Source: Aplysia californica
Taxonomy: Eukaryota
Reading direction: 5' to 3'
NCBI RefSeq assembly: GCF_000002075.1
Contig: NW_004797313.1
Location: forward strand, 1,689,455-1,753,454
DNA: 64,000 nt
Shown here: positions 48,106-61,100 of the stretch, piece after piece
Layout: each line of letters begins with the position of its first letter
Position numbering within the stretch: the stretch's first letter is position 1
Made by a program: the position numbers and the translations under genes
The notes under the pieces: generated by a model
The model's database searches: none
What the model was told of the DNA's origin: nothing
Seen by the model: the letters and a program-made list of their open reading frames with translations, nothing else

Positions 48106-49885
48106 TGTTGTGATTAAATTTTGGAATATCTTCTTTCATGCCATAATTGCTCAGGGATCTTTGACTCTCAAAGAGATTGAACCCCGCGCGATCATATTTT
48201 GTATTGATGTGTAAATGTCAGCACAGTGACTTCGTGTAGGACAACTGCTGGTGTGTGTCCTGCCAGTCTGTGAAACTTCGAACAGATACTTTTTGTGGCC
48301 AGGTAAATGTAATGCATAAGATTGCAAAAAAGCAATGAGAAAGAAGAATCCTGTGCCTTTCTGAGCTGATGAAAGATACTAATGTGAAGGACAGGAAAAG
48401 TGGTAATAATAATAGTACTGTAGTTTGAGCTTGAGCTTCCAATGCATGTTTGTGCTTTTATCACAAAGTGAGACTTGTTACTGTTTGAACTTACCTTATT
48501 CTCGTTGACTTATTTTTGGTATGGAGTTTTGTGATAGAATGACACTGGTGTTTCCTTGTTACTGGGTTTTGTCCTTTGTTGTTCACAAACTGTGATGTTC
48601 TGTGATTCAAAATTCATGTGCTGTTTTTTCCAGATAATATTTAGTTAGCTCCATCACTATAAGGAAACAGCGGAAGTGGACCAACCTCTTTTAAAATGTT
48701 GAAAAGTGTTTTGGTTATTTGCTATTTTTACAAGACAGTGAGTACTTTATTGCTTTGATTCAGTTTATTTGTTTTGTGATTTTGGTTAGATTTTTACCTG
48801 AAACCTTGTTGCTAACTAAATTTCGTGAGTGGCAATGGCTAATTGTCACCATGGTGACTAACTCATGTTTTTGAAACTTTATTTTTGCTTTTGTCAACTT
48901 GTAATAAGGTTATGACTTCAAATTTATAGAAATGAGAAATTTTTTTTCAGTTTAGTGGTATTCCCCTTTTCAGCCAGATAATAATAGGCCTTTGGCATTT
49001 TAGATTTGCTTTAAGTTTAAGCTGAAACTTATCATATAATTATCCATCAGGGCTCTGTGTCGCAAGAGGATCTTTTAGAGTTTTCGAAATCACACAGAAT
49101 TTCAATAGGCCTACCCATCACCTGTGGCGTGTTTGTAGGGAATGCCTTGTCCCAGGGTTCGTGAAATGGCTAATATAATTACTGCACTAACTATATCAGC
49201 CACAAGTTTGTGCCATCTTGTCTTCTGCACTAAAAGTATTTGTTTCAGCGAGCTTTTATAAGAAAACTCATTGCTTTATCAACATAATCATATCCTGAAG
49301 GTAAGGGTTGGAGCATATCTCTACAGGTTTATTATGATATATTGTAATGCTCGTGTATGTTTCCATAATCGTTATTGCTTGTACCGTTCCATGGTTGGAA
49401 GTTGTGTCATCATGGTTTGTCCTATGTCTTGGTAAGATTTTGCCTGCTGTTGTGTTTATAAAAACTATATAACGCATTGCATGCGCAGTTTAAACTGTTA
49501 CCTTTGATTCCACATAAGTCTGTGGGTTTTCTTTGGACTGCAGCTTGCAGCTACTGACTGAACTGTGTATTGTTTATTCCCAGGAATGGATACACAAATA
49601 CTATACATCCACTCATGAATTCTTGACACTGTCTGTGCGGTTTTCCTGCTTTGGGAGTTGGGATGGATGGTTAGTGAGTGCTCATATGGGACCTTTTTCT
49701 TCCACATTTTTTCAGTGTTTCTTCTGCCATTATCATGCTCTCCACAAAAGGTGAGATGATGACAGACAAAAGCTGCCAGATAGACATCTTTTTTGTTTTT
49801 TTCCTTGGATTATGATTAGTAATGTTCGGTAAATAGAAACATAAAATCATGCGTGGTTGGCGGTAATTAGAAACATAAAATCATG

Positions 49886-50062
49886 CGTGGTTGGCGGGTA
49901 CTCTGGTGTGGTCTGCTTCTTCTTTCCTATCAAACATCTATCCTCCTTATCTCCCCTTCTTCTTTTTTATGTTTGTTACTCTCTTGAAACACCGCTTATC
50001 TTCTGGCGCTCATATGACCTTATGCAGTTGCGAGCGCCGTAAAAACCTCTACTAAAACTTTT
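49886..50062 (+). mobile_element. Non-LTR retroelement 3' tail (best-preserved copy; a more diverged copy lies at about 52106-52370)
   Basis: Ends ggcgctcatatgaccttatgcagttgcgagcgccgtaaaa, identical to the SINE-A tail; 34-bp direct duplication at its 5' edge. Confidence 0.8.
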
Positions 50063-53000
50063 TAAAACCATAAAATCAATGATATTGCTTCCTTTCCAGT
50101 GTATTAATTGTACATTTTTTAAATGTAACACTTTGTTTCCTGCTCTGTACTCTGTATTTTTAGTAACATGCATAAGTGCAGTGCTCACTGTTAATGTGAC
50201 TGGCTAACAGGAAACAAAGGGTTAAGCCGTCTGATCAAATTATGAAGAAATGATCTGTCAGGTGATGTCTTTCTTATAAATCTTTTTTTTTTAAATTCAG
50301 GGGAAGAAAAGATACCCTTTCATCCATGCGGATACAACTTTTGTTTACTTTCCCTGGTGTTTCAGTCATTTGAGCTGAGGTCCTTCCACTTGAAACAATG
50401 ATGTACCTTGTAAGATTCACAAAATTTCCCGAAGTCTTTTTAGGCTTTGTAGTACAGGGTAATTCGAATGTTTGGTTTTGATGGAAAGTCCCAGATAAAT
50501 TGATATCAGGCTTGTGAGAGAGAAAGAGTGGTTGGTGTGAGAAAAAAAAATTTGTGGGATGAACCAAGAAACTCTTGCCAAAGACAGTTGTCTTTCATTG
50601 TCATCTTCATACAGTATACAGCATACCCCCGTGGACATAATTGCCAAATTTCAATCTTGTCTGATGTTTGTCTGTCTCGATGTCTTAACACACAATTATT
50701 TGTTCATCTCTCCAGGATTTTACTATGCCTACAAATCTTTGAAACCAGTATGACATGACGTATGTACGTTAAATGTTCTAGTCTACTTTGTGTAAAAACT
50801 AATTCTGTTTCAAGTGCAAGGAAACTTCGGCCTTGTTCCTCATTCGGGTTTCTAAATGTAGATCCTTCAGCTCAAACGAAGGTTGACTTATTTACCAAAC
50901 TGAATGATTCATGTTCAAGGCAGTTTTTTCTTTCATGCAGATGCATGCCAATGTATTTATGAGGCACCTATCATTGTTTTTACTAATCAGTTTCCTCAAT
51001 CCTTTGTAGTCATTTACTTTGATTTCTTTCTTTGGCAGACTTCTCTCTCTCTCTCTCTTGACTCGAAAGCAGCTTTTTTTGTTGTTGTTGTTGGTTTTTT
51101 TAGTTGTTTTTAAGGAGGATGGAGGTTGTTTTGTTTTGGGGGAGGTTTTGTCTCTATTGAAAAAACTAAGTCTGTTTCGGAGGATCAGGTGCTAGATAAA
51201 TTTAGGAGGAAAATCCCCCTCCATATCCTCTGAGTGCCTGCACGAAGTCAAATTCAGTTTGAGACTGAGAGGCAACCATCAAACCTCACCTAAATCCTCA
51301 AGCTGTGAAACATTTTGTTTTACCTCTCCACACAAAGGGGTAATTTCTTTTCTCTTTTTTTTAATGAACTAGCAAGATAGTGTAGCGTCAAACCGAGGAC
51401 GTGATTTTTCTACAATATACTCTAAACAGATGTTCATGAGTTACAGTAATGGAGTTCTGAATCAAACTTCAAACCGAGCCAGATAGCCTACAATATATGT
51501 ATATATTTATAGAATTATGTTTTTCATGCATATGTATACAATATGACTATATCCCTTTGTTTCAACGATATAAACAATTGACTGCAACAAGGGAATGTAC
51601 TTTTATTATTACTTCACTGCATTCAATTTTGAACTTTGGATTTTCCACATTCCCCCTTCCCATGCTCCTCCAAAAGCAAACTGTGTGAGTTATATATATG
51701 CGTACCATTTCTTCACTTACCAGCTCAATGTCACACTCGCCCTCTTTTGGCCAGTCCATGTAATTCTCCTTTATAAAGGTGATTTTTTTTATTGATCCAT
51801 TTTTAATTAAGCAATGCTGTCTGAGTGACTTGCCTTTTGAGATATATATCCTAGACTACAACTTTACCTCTGTGGTTACACAAAATTTCATCCATTGTTC
51901 ATACTCTTGCTAACACTTTCAAAACTGACATGTTCTCTTAGATCTACACGGTCATTACCGTGTTCCCCCCCCCCCCTGCAGTGCTACTGACTGAAGTGTC
52001 TTTAGGCCGTTCCCAAAGGGGGGATATTAACGTCTTGTTCTTATGCACAGTAGAATTGTAAATGGGCTGATTTATCAATGTCATGCTCATACTGTGCCAG
52101 AACAACATAGGGGGGGCTGTTGCTTTTTCTTTCCTCATCCTTACTATCGTCCTTTGTCCTCTACTTCTTTTGAGTGTTTGTCATTCTCTTGTGAACTATT
52201 TCCGGGCTGCCTTGATAGTCGAAGCAGACTTTGTGTTGTTGAGGCTAGAGAGGTGAGCAGAGTAAGCCCGATTCCCCGTTTGGACTTCTCTGTTGACATC
52301 CACCCCTTGACGCTCATGTATGACCTGATGCAGTTGCAAGCGTCATAAAACCTTACTAAAACTAAACACTGTCATTTTGAAATTTGGAAACCCTTTTCGC
52401 CTCTTCAAGATGACTTCAAGTAGGCCTACATGTTTTCTTGTTGACCACACTCTTCATTTTGTGCATCTTTAACTTTTCTGCCTCATATATGCTTCAACTC
52501 ACTACCCTACTTTTTTTTTTCCTTGGCATTTATGTTATGGCAGCGTTTTGTTCAAAAGCAAACTGCTTATAAAGGGGCACAATTGCTTTCTTCTCGTTAT
52601 CAAGTGTGAAGTGTATCTGTTGCTGTACAATGTTATTTGTGTGTTACAAAACATCAGGGGACATGACAAAAGTCGATTGTAAAAAGTGTTGTTTGAACGA
52701 GTGCTGTGAATGGGTTTTTTTTTCTTTTTGTCTTTGCGTAAAGTGTATTTTTATAATACTGAATGTTTGTGTTTACAAGTGTAAAATGTATCTTATATTT
52801 GTGGTATTTTTCTGCCTATATTCTTCAAACACACTTCCCTTATCAGTGTTTCGACTTAATAAACTACTGATTTATATTTTGAGACATTTTGCTGGGGTTT
52901 ATGGTATGAAACTGATAATTATATTTTCAGTGGTGTTAAAATGCAAGAGAAAAAAGTTTATTTTATAGTTTTCATGCATTTTTTTTCCTGCACAATTTTT

Positions 53001-54240
53001 TAAAACACTTTTTGAGCTGCATCACTTTGTTTGTATTATCATGTACAGCCAAAGCAGTCGTTATTTTCAAATATGACCAAGAAGTTCTTTCTTATGTCCC
53101 AACTAACAGCTCAACTAAGCAGAGCCAATTGTATAAGAAGACCACTGTTAGTGTCAGGTCACATTTTTCAATATATTACATGTACCAGTATTATAACATG
53201 TAAAATTGTCCTCTCAAACTTAGGGGTTAAATCATGCCTTTTTCTTTCTTCCAAGCTGTATCAATTTAGATTTTTCTCCTTAGTATGTTCTACGGACATA
53301 CGTAATAAAAAATGCTGGGATTATGAAGTATTATGTTCTTTGTTGACAATATCTGGTTAGTGCAGGATCCTTTTCATTTTGCTTTGTCAGGCATCTGTAC
53401 AGCAGGCGATTTATTTTTCAGTTGGGATGTACATGTTTGTCAGTTTTTCACATTAAAAGTATGTTTTATGAAGTTGTTTTAAGCTGTTCTTTCAAAATCA
53501 TTCAAAAGTTTTCGTTAATCCCATGAATCTTTCCATCACCCGTATGCAATACTCTTGTGTTCATGTGTGATCTCCATTTTTCTTAGCATCATGAGACTGT
53601 TATGTTATAATGCATGTGTTATGTTGCTGGAACTCAAAGTCAAAGATCAGTACATGTAATGAAAATAAGAAGGAAAAGATGCCATAGCCTAGTTACTGGA
53701 ATGGAGACAGAGACTTGAAAAATTCACATATTCAGTTTAGATTGAGTAAAGGGAGATTAGGAAAAATCATGATACACTCAAAACTTAAGAGGAAAAGAAA
53801 AGAAGTAGGATCTATTAGTGATGTCACCCACCTCCCCTTACCCGCCCTGTTTGGAAAAGTTGAAGGGAAAAGAGACATTTGAGTTTAAAAAACATGCATT
53901 AACACAATAACAGTCATTTCTTGCTGGGGAAAAATCCAAAATGACAGTCAAAAGCAACAGAGGGAGAGCAAAAAAGTAGAACCTACCATGTACCCCATCC
54001 ATACTCCTGCAGATAAGAGACAGGAAGACAAGCACAGGTTTCATAAAAACGTTAACTGCTGAACATAACACATAACAGCCTGTACTGCAACATAATTTGT
54101 GGAAGTTTCTGATTTCATAGAGGACTGGGGGAGGAGGACCGTGACCCCATATTTCTGAGACAGACCCTACTCCTAAAGAGAAGAGTTTTACACTCAACAG
54201 GAAAACCACACCTTTATTTGTTGTTGGGAATACTCAAATA

Positions 54241-54734
54241 CAGTGGGAGTCGCATTCAACAAGGTCACATTCAACGAGAAGTCGGCTCCAACGAGGCAAT
54301 CTTTAATCCCTGATTTTTTCCTCCAAATCCCTTTGTAAATGTATGTTAGCTCCAATGAGGTTGCAAACAGACCGAGATCACGATAACCAAATAAAGGCAA
54401 TTGGCGGCCAAGAGAGCAAAAACATTTTCTCCTTTCTCTCCATCTCATGCAAAGCACAAGGCCCATCCTCCATTCCTAACGCATGGTATTGCTAGATGTA
54501 GTGTGCCTCCTAATATGGGCCCCAAAGCCAAGAGGATGGGAGAAGGTTGGCCTACGGTAGGGAAGGGAGGGGGTGGGTGGGAACGTGATTGTTTTAATTA
54601 CTGGTATTGGTACTTCGTGTAATATAATTACTTTTTTCCCCCTTTCTTTAGACTTACTCACGTTCAACGAGAGATCGGATCCAACGAGGACAACAAGCTA
54701 GTCCCGGCAACCTCGTTGAATGCGACTCCCACTG
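54241..54734. mobile_element. Tc1/mariner(pogo)-type MITE, 494 bp
   Basis: TIRs cagtgggagtcgcattcaac / gttgaatgcgactcccactg flanked by TA on both sides; internal subterminal repeat ttcaacgaga..tcgg.tccaacgagg. Confidence 0.9.
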
Positions 54735-55995
54735 TACAAGAGAAGGATATGCGAGTTCTTGACTTTCTAGTCTGATCCTCTGTGACAACACTGAGATTTA
54801 TGAAAATTTGAAAGGCCCATGAGTGGAGGACAAAATATGTTGCTGCACAAGTATGACTGTTTAGTTCTTGCATTACTTTTTTTCCCCTTCCTCTGGTATC
54901 CTTAGGATGTTGAGGGGAGGTGCAGGTTTCGGTCCTGTCCTAAGTGTGTGGCGTCTGTGATTGACATGGCATGATGTTCCAGAACCTTTTTAGCCCAATC
55001 AAGGGCACCCAAGCATCGTAACACCAGATAACAAAACAGTGAACACAATTACAGCAATTGGGACTGGTTTTGGTGTATTAGGCTCTCAAAGGGCAGTCCT
55101 GACTGTTACTTACTTTGTTGGAGAATAGATATCATTGCAAATTTCAGGACAGTCGGCATCACTGATAGTCTTTTGACTCTTTTTATCACTTTTTCAGAGA
55201 CACAAAAATGAGGACAGGACAAGTTTTTCATACATTTCTTTTCTAGAGTTACACCGTTTAATGTTTAAAAAATGTTGTTTTCTATATTACACTGTTACAG
55301 CCCATTGTAGCTCCTTCCATCCCATTGTAGCTCTCCTTCCATAAAATTTTCATAAAATGAGGCTGAACTGTTAGTGATATCTAGTGGTACCAACAGATCC
55401 TCATACCCAACTGCCTCATGGTTAAGTGAGGAAAATATTTTCTGTTGCTTGAAGAAAACACAGTCAGCCCTTAGTAAGGTATCTATAGTAAGATATCAAA
55501 ATCTATGTCCGTTAAGTCGTAAAGCCAGCAGTCAAACCACAAGACATCTGCTGCCATACTTGAGGCCATAATTTGCTCATTATATGCTGCAACATTGAAT
55601 ATCAGCAGAAGACCACCAACATGAAAAGTTCCAAATTCAAGGAGGTTATCCAAATAATTTGGAGCAGCTGACAATGTGAATTGTAGCTTCCTTTTCCTTA
55701 GAAATACTTGAGCAAATGTAAGGAAAAACACAACCCAGTCTTTGTCATACAAGGGTATGTATTTCAAGTTCTCCATGTAAAATGCCGATTACATAAAATC
55801 TTTTTATACAAACTGTTATGTGACCAGTATCTGATTACATCATCACTCAGATGTAGAATTAAATGTGGCAAAGAATTCCTAAAAATGTTAAATTATCTTC
55901 ATAGAAAAAAGGACAAGAAACAAAAACTACTAGAACATTCTACATTGACAAGGATTGCCATTGTTCGTTAATTACATGACGAAATGAAACTTTAA

Positions 55996-57096
55996 CCTTT
56001 TAGCTCCTGGAGATTTGTCTTGCTGCATGCCCTAAAATCCTGGAAAAAGGAGATAATCTTCTAAAATATCATACATGTGTTTTTAAAAAATTCTTTTAAA
56101 AGAAATTTTCTTTACAAAATGATCAGGGAAAAAAACACAACTATATGTGAAGCATCATGGTGGAATCATGTGTTCGTCAACGTAATGAAATCAAAGAAAC
56201 ACATTTTTCTGGACGTCTGGCAATTTTTTTCAAATTTCTTTTTTTGGATAAGCATATTTTATGTCCTTTTACAGAAAAGCATTGATTAAAGGCAGAAAAA
56301 ATGTAAATTTCCTGTGTTCAAGGAGGACACTCAAGCTTTGGAAGTCGCCAAACTTTGGCAGCCATTTTCTTGCTGATTTTACCTCTCACACCAGGCAACC
56401 CCCACCTCCTTCAATCTCAAATATCTCAACTTCTATTCAAGATAGATGGGTTTTTCGCCAAATGCAAGACAAATAAACAAGCTTTATGATACCAATAACT
56501 CCATGTGCCCAAAAATTGACGAGCACCTGATTCCATCATGTTGCAACACATATTAGGAAAAGAATACTGCTTCTAACAAGCCAAGTATCCTTGTGTTAGA
56601 GTATGGGCAAGTTATTTATTTCTCCCATTATAGTTGTGACTATCAGGTAATTACCCATCTATTTCATCAAATTAAAAAATAACCAACTCCTCTAGTGACT
56701 TACAAAAATACCATAACACAGTAGACTAAGAAATGAACTTTCAGTGTGTCTTGGTTTGGTCGAGACCGCTTCACAGCTGAATTTTAATATATTTTCCAAG
56801 TTTCCTTGGATTTGCCCAAGTTTTAACTCCACTGCACACTCCATTTCGTCATATTTACTTTAAAAATTCACACATTTTTAGGTCAATTTCGATCATTCAA
56901 AAACTGAAAAATAGAACAACTTTACTTTCGCTATACAGCCTAATTTTTAAGTCACTTCTAATCAGACATTATTCCAAGACCTCATAGAAATGCATACCAA
57001 GGCAGTGTTGTGCACCCAGCGATTGATTCACTGGGCAGCATAGCTCTAGATGCGATTCGATCGACTCCGCACAACGCCACTCCAGGTGTTAAATGG
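55996..57096. mobile_element. piggyBac-type non-autonomous element, about 1.1 kb
   Basis: TTAA|ccttttagctcctggag ... ctccaggtgttaaatgg|TTAA: imperfect TIRs with a TTAA target-site duplication. Confidence 0.65.
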
Positions 57097-57519
57097 TTAA
57101 AGTTGTCTTTCTCAAATGTGGCGGTAGGTGCACTACTCATTCACAAAAGTGACCATGTCTAAAGAGGTATTTAGATCTGAACATTTTTAAAACAGAGTCA
57201 TGAGGAAATGCAAGAAATTACAAAAGTAACAAATTGCATAGGTGAATCTTTTTCTCAGGCATGCACGCATACATGTTGCATCAAGGTGAAATAAGACGCT
57301 CGTTAAAATAATAAAATCGAAGGAAGAAGCATTTTTCCACCCATTTAGCAATTCATATGAAAGTTTTGAGAGCCTCAACACCTTTTATGTCCATTTGAAG
57401 ACACATTATAATCAGAATTTTACTGAAAAACATGGATTAGAACCACACAAAAATTGTAAATTCGCAGTTTCCAAGGACTCTCAAATCTTTTCAGTAATTT
57501 GACCTCTGACATCAGGCGA

Positions 57520-57682
57520 CCCCCACCTCTTTCAATTGCAGGTATCTCAATTGTTTTCAATATGGATGGGTATCATTTTCATCAATAGCAAGACAAAGAA
57601 CAAGCTCTAATATGATACCAACAATAAAAGTAAAAGCCCAAAAATTGACGAGCGCCCGATTCCACCGCAACGCCAGACATAT
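57520..57682 (+). repeat. Diverged direct repeat of 56390-56552
   Basis: Shared cccccacctc.ttcaat...gcaagacaaa...atgatacca...gcccaaaaattgacgagc. Confidence 0.8.
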
Positions 57683-58142
57683 AATTATGGCTTCACAAGT
57701 GAAGAGTTCACCCATGATTGTGGTTGATTCATCTCATTTAACATTTGAGATTAACTCAGTGAGTCATCAATGCAACTTTGTTATCTGCAGCAAAGTGCGA
57801 AAACTATGCTTGTGCATACACACTCAATTTGTTCACAAAGGAGATAGCTATTATCACAGAAGTATGGTGCTAGTGGTTTAGCATTCTCCTGGTAGACACA
57901 AAAATAAGTCTTTGCAAAGACAAAACATGTAGTTCATTAGAACAAGCAAAACAGAAAAGAAAAAAAAGACAATAATTCCAATGTAAATATCAAACGTGTA
58001 CATCTCAGGTATTACGTGTGTGTATACAGTATTCTGTTGTTATAGAGTTAGCACCTCTCGCTGAAGTGTAGCGAGTCTGTTTATAAACATCCCCCCCCCC
58101 CATCAAAAGGGAAAATAATAATTTTTAATATGTATGAGCAGG

Positions 58143-61100
58143 TCATAATTTACTATTCGTCAGCGACTTTTCTCTTTGAAGCTCCTCGAAAGACGTCAGC
58201 ATTTTCCTCTCACACTGGACTCCTTCCAAGCGGTGGACACAGGAAAAGAGAGACTCCACTAGAGGGCGCCACTTGTTCTCGTTGGTCATGCTAACGTTGG
58301 GATCAGCATAGTTTGTAAGATACGCCCAGCCCACCTTGTAGTGTGGGTCAGCTGCACTGTTCTGATCCCCAAAGCCAGAGTGACCAAACATGTACCAGCT
58401 CTGGAAATGCAACAGAAAAAAACAAGAGAGAAATATGCGAGTTTTTTATATGAAGAAGTACACAGTACCTGAAACTTAATACAAGGGGAAAAGGAAGACA
58501 AAGAGACGGAAAGAAAAGACAGATAACGAATAGGTAGAACCTACCTGAGGTGCCTCCAACAACCTGCAAACATTTAAAAAATTGTTTTTGTAATGATGGA
58601 AGATATTTTACGCCTCCATCAGCAAAATTCAGATCATTTTGGAGGCCAACCGCTTCGAACCTTGTCTGCCAGAGCTAACTCTGGATTAGAGGGATACAAA
58701 GTTCCAGTAGACAGGTCAAGATACATGTACCTCATTTTTTAAATTTATAACTCCCAACACGAGACTGGAACTCATGTCTTCTGTGAGCAACAGCAAAGTG
58801 CCTTACCACTACACCACAGACTTCAGTATGACAGCTGAGAAAGGGGGTCCAAACCATAGAACTGAGAAAGAACAAAAAATGCAAAATTCTGTTCAAGAAG
58901 ACAATAGACACCATGTGTGCCATGATGTGATGTCAATGTACGTTACATATGTGGCCCTTTGGATCATAGCAAACAGCATGATAGAGATGTCAATTTCTAT
59001 TAATTATTCTTATCCACATATCACAGAGTAGCAGCACAACAATTGTAACTCAGATTTTTCAAATTTTACAAGAGGAGGTAAAAAATGAAATTTTCACCAT
59101 TATATCCATCAATAATACTTGGAATTTCAATCTAAAATGTATTTTTACAAAATAGCAACAAGAATCCTAGGGTTCTACAGGTTCTACATCCCTCTCCAGT
59201 GCCCTGGAAAGTGTAAAAAAGTGATTTTTTTCAAAAACTCCAAGTTACAATACTTGAACTGCTACCCACGATATGTTCTGCTGCCTCACTCTAGAGTAGG
59301 CCTATATCTACAAAGCTTGTTATTATTTTTTGGTGTTTTCACACCTGTTAATTTTACTAAATGAAAGGGTTGAAAAATTTTGCAAGTAGTGAGTTCTTGC
59401 TTGTTGCAAGCACATGAACAGAATAATTTCCCCAGGAAAAGATCAGAAAAATAATGACACTGAAAAGAAGTTAAAAAAAGCTAATATCAGAACACAAACT
59501 ACCTATCTGAATAAAAGAGACAAATACAATCAAAACTTTTTTTTTTAATAGAAAAGTGAATCATCAGACCAAATAAAGAGCAGCATCCACTTGGTGTAGC
59601 ATGTTTTCAGACCCATTTTTCAATGCTTCAACTTCTCGATAAGCTACTCCAAAAAACAAAATCAGTAAGTAAGAACATCAGGTTACAACAAAAAGAATTC
59701 AATGGTAAAAGAAGCAAAGGCTGAACCGGGCGAAAAATGAAAAGATACTCGATAGGCTGGCAAACTGCTCAAGTCAATAATAGTGTACAGTTCAGGTGAG
59801 GTTGGCCGAGGTGAATATCAACACCAAAAAAAATTGCACCAATACCAAGAAGACTGTACCTTAGTGCCTTCTACTACAGGCTGCAGTATGGTTCCCCTAC
59901 TGTAGATTTCAGAGCCAGAGAGAGTTTTATCAGTTCCATAGGACAGCGGTTCCTGCATGCGAGCGATGGACTCGGGAGATAAAAGTCGTTTCCCATCATG
60001 CTCTCCACCATTCGCCATAATTCCAGTTAACTTTGCAACAGCCAAGGCCGTTCCTACGCCATGAGATGACGGGCACGGTAACTCCATGAAGTCTGGGTCA
60101 TTGAGACGCCTTGTCTGCAGAGACAGAACATTTTGTGATACATGGCGAGAACCTGCAAGGATCATGCAAACTAAACTAACAAAACAATTTATTTTTGGAC
60201 CAAGACCATAGTTTTTCTCTACCGATTCTTTGAAAATAAGGTTGTTTTCCTTGTCTTGGTTACTAGTATAACACCAATTGCAAGATCCAAAATACAAAAG
60301 TTGGATGGGGGAAACACCAAAAGGCTGTCTTGTTTTCCTCAGCCGCAATTTATTTGGTGCCCAACCCTTAACAAAAATTTGAGGGAGTCAGAACAGATAG
60401 CATGGAATGATGAGTGTGAAAGTTCATGAAAATAAGGACGCTACAGGGAAACAAAGTTTTTTCAACAGTCAGTTTTACCCTATTTATAACCACAGTATTG
60501 TCAATTGCCAAAATTCTTCAGTATAAAATTGGCAATACAGATCCCAACATGTAATTTACTGAATTAAATGTGCATCACCATCATGTGGATATTCTGTCCT
60601 GGGCACTCTGGAGTGAAGGGCAATGATGAGGCTGATCCGCCGGCAGGCAGTGCCATGGTTGATGGTAAGGTGAAATTTGACAAAGAAAAAGTGTTGAAGA
60701 CCCTGGAGGAAAAGTTGCGGGATGAGGAAGACAGGGAGACAGCAGGAGAGGAGAAACAAGAAAGGAACGATTATCTGGAAAGGAAAGATGTTGCCATAAT
60801 CAAACAGCCACTGGAACAATTAGTATGGATACCTTGCGGGCTTTAGTGCTGAGAGAAACTGAGCACTTACGGACCTGTCCGGTGTACAATGACGTTGTTG
60901 CCCAGGATAAGTCAGACAAGTAAGACACGGAATTTTTTATTCAAAAAGATAAAACTGACATCATCTGATCGTAACTGGAATGTCATTAATATTGTAAATC
61001 AAGGGGACTGCAAAGCTGACTTTATATTTTAAGAGAGATGGCCATTCATTTCCCAGCCAAGGTGCTGAAAGCCTGAGCGAGTGTGCATTCCTCTGTTAGC

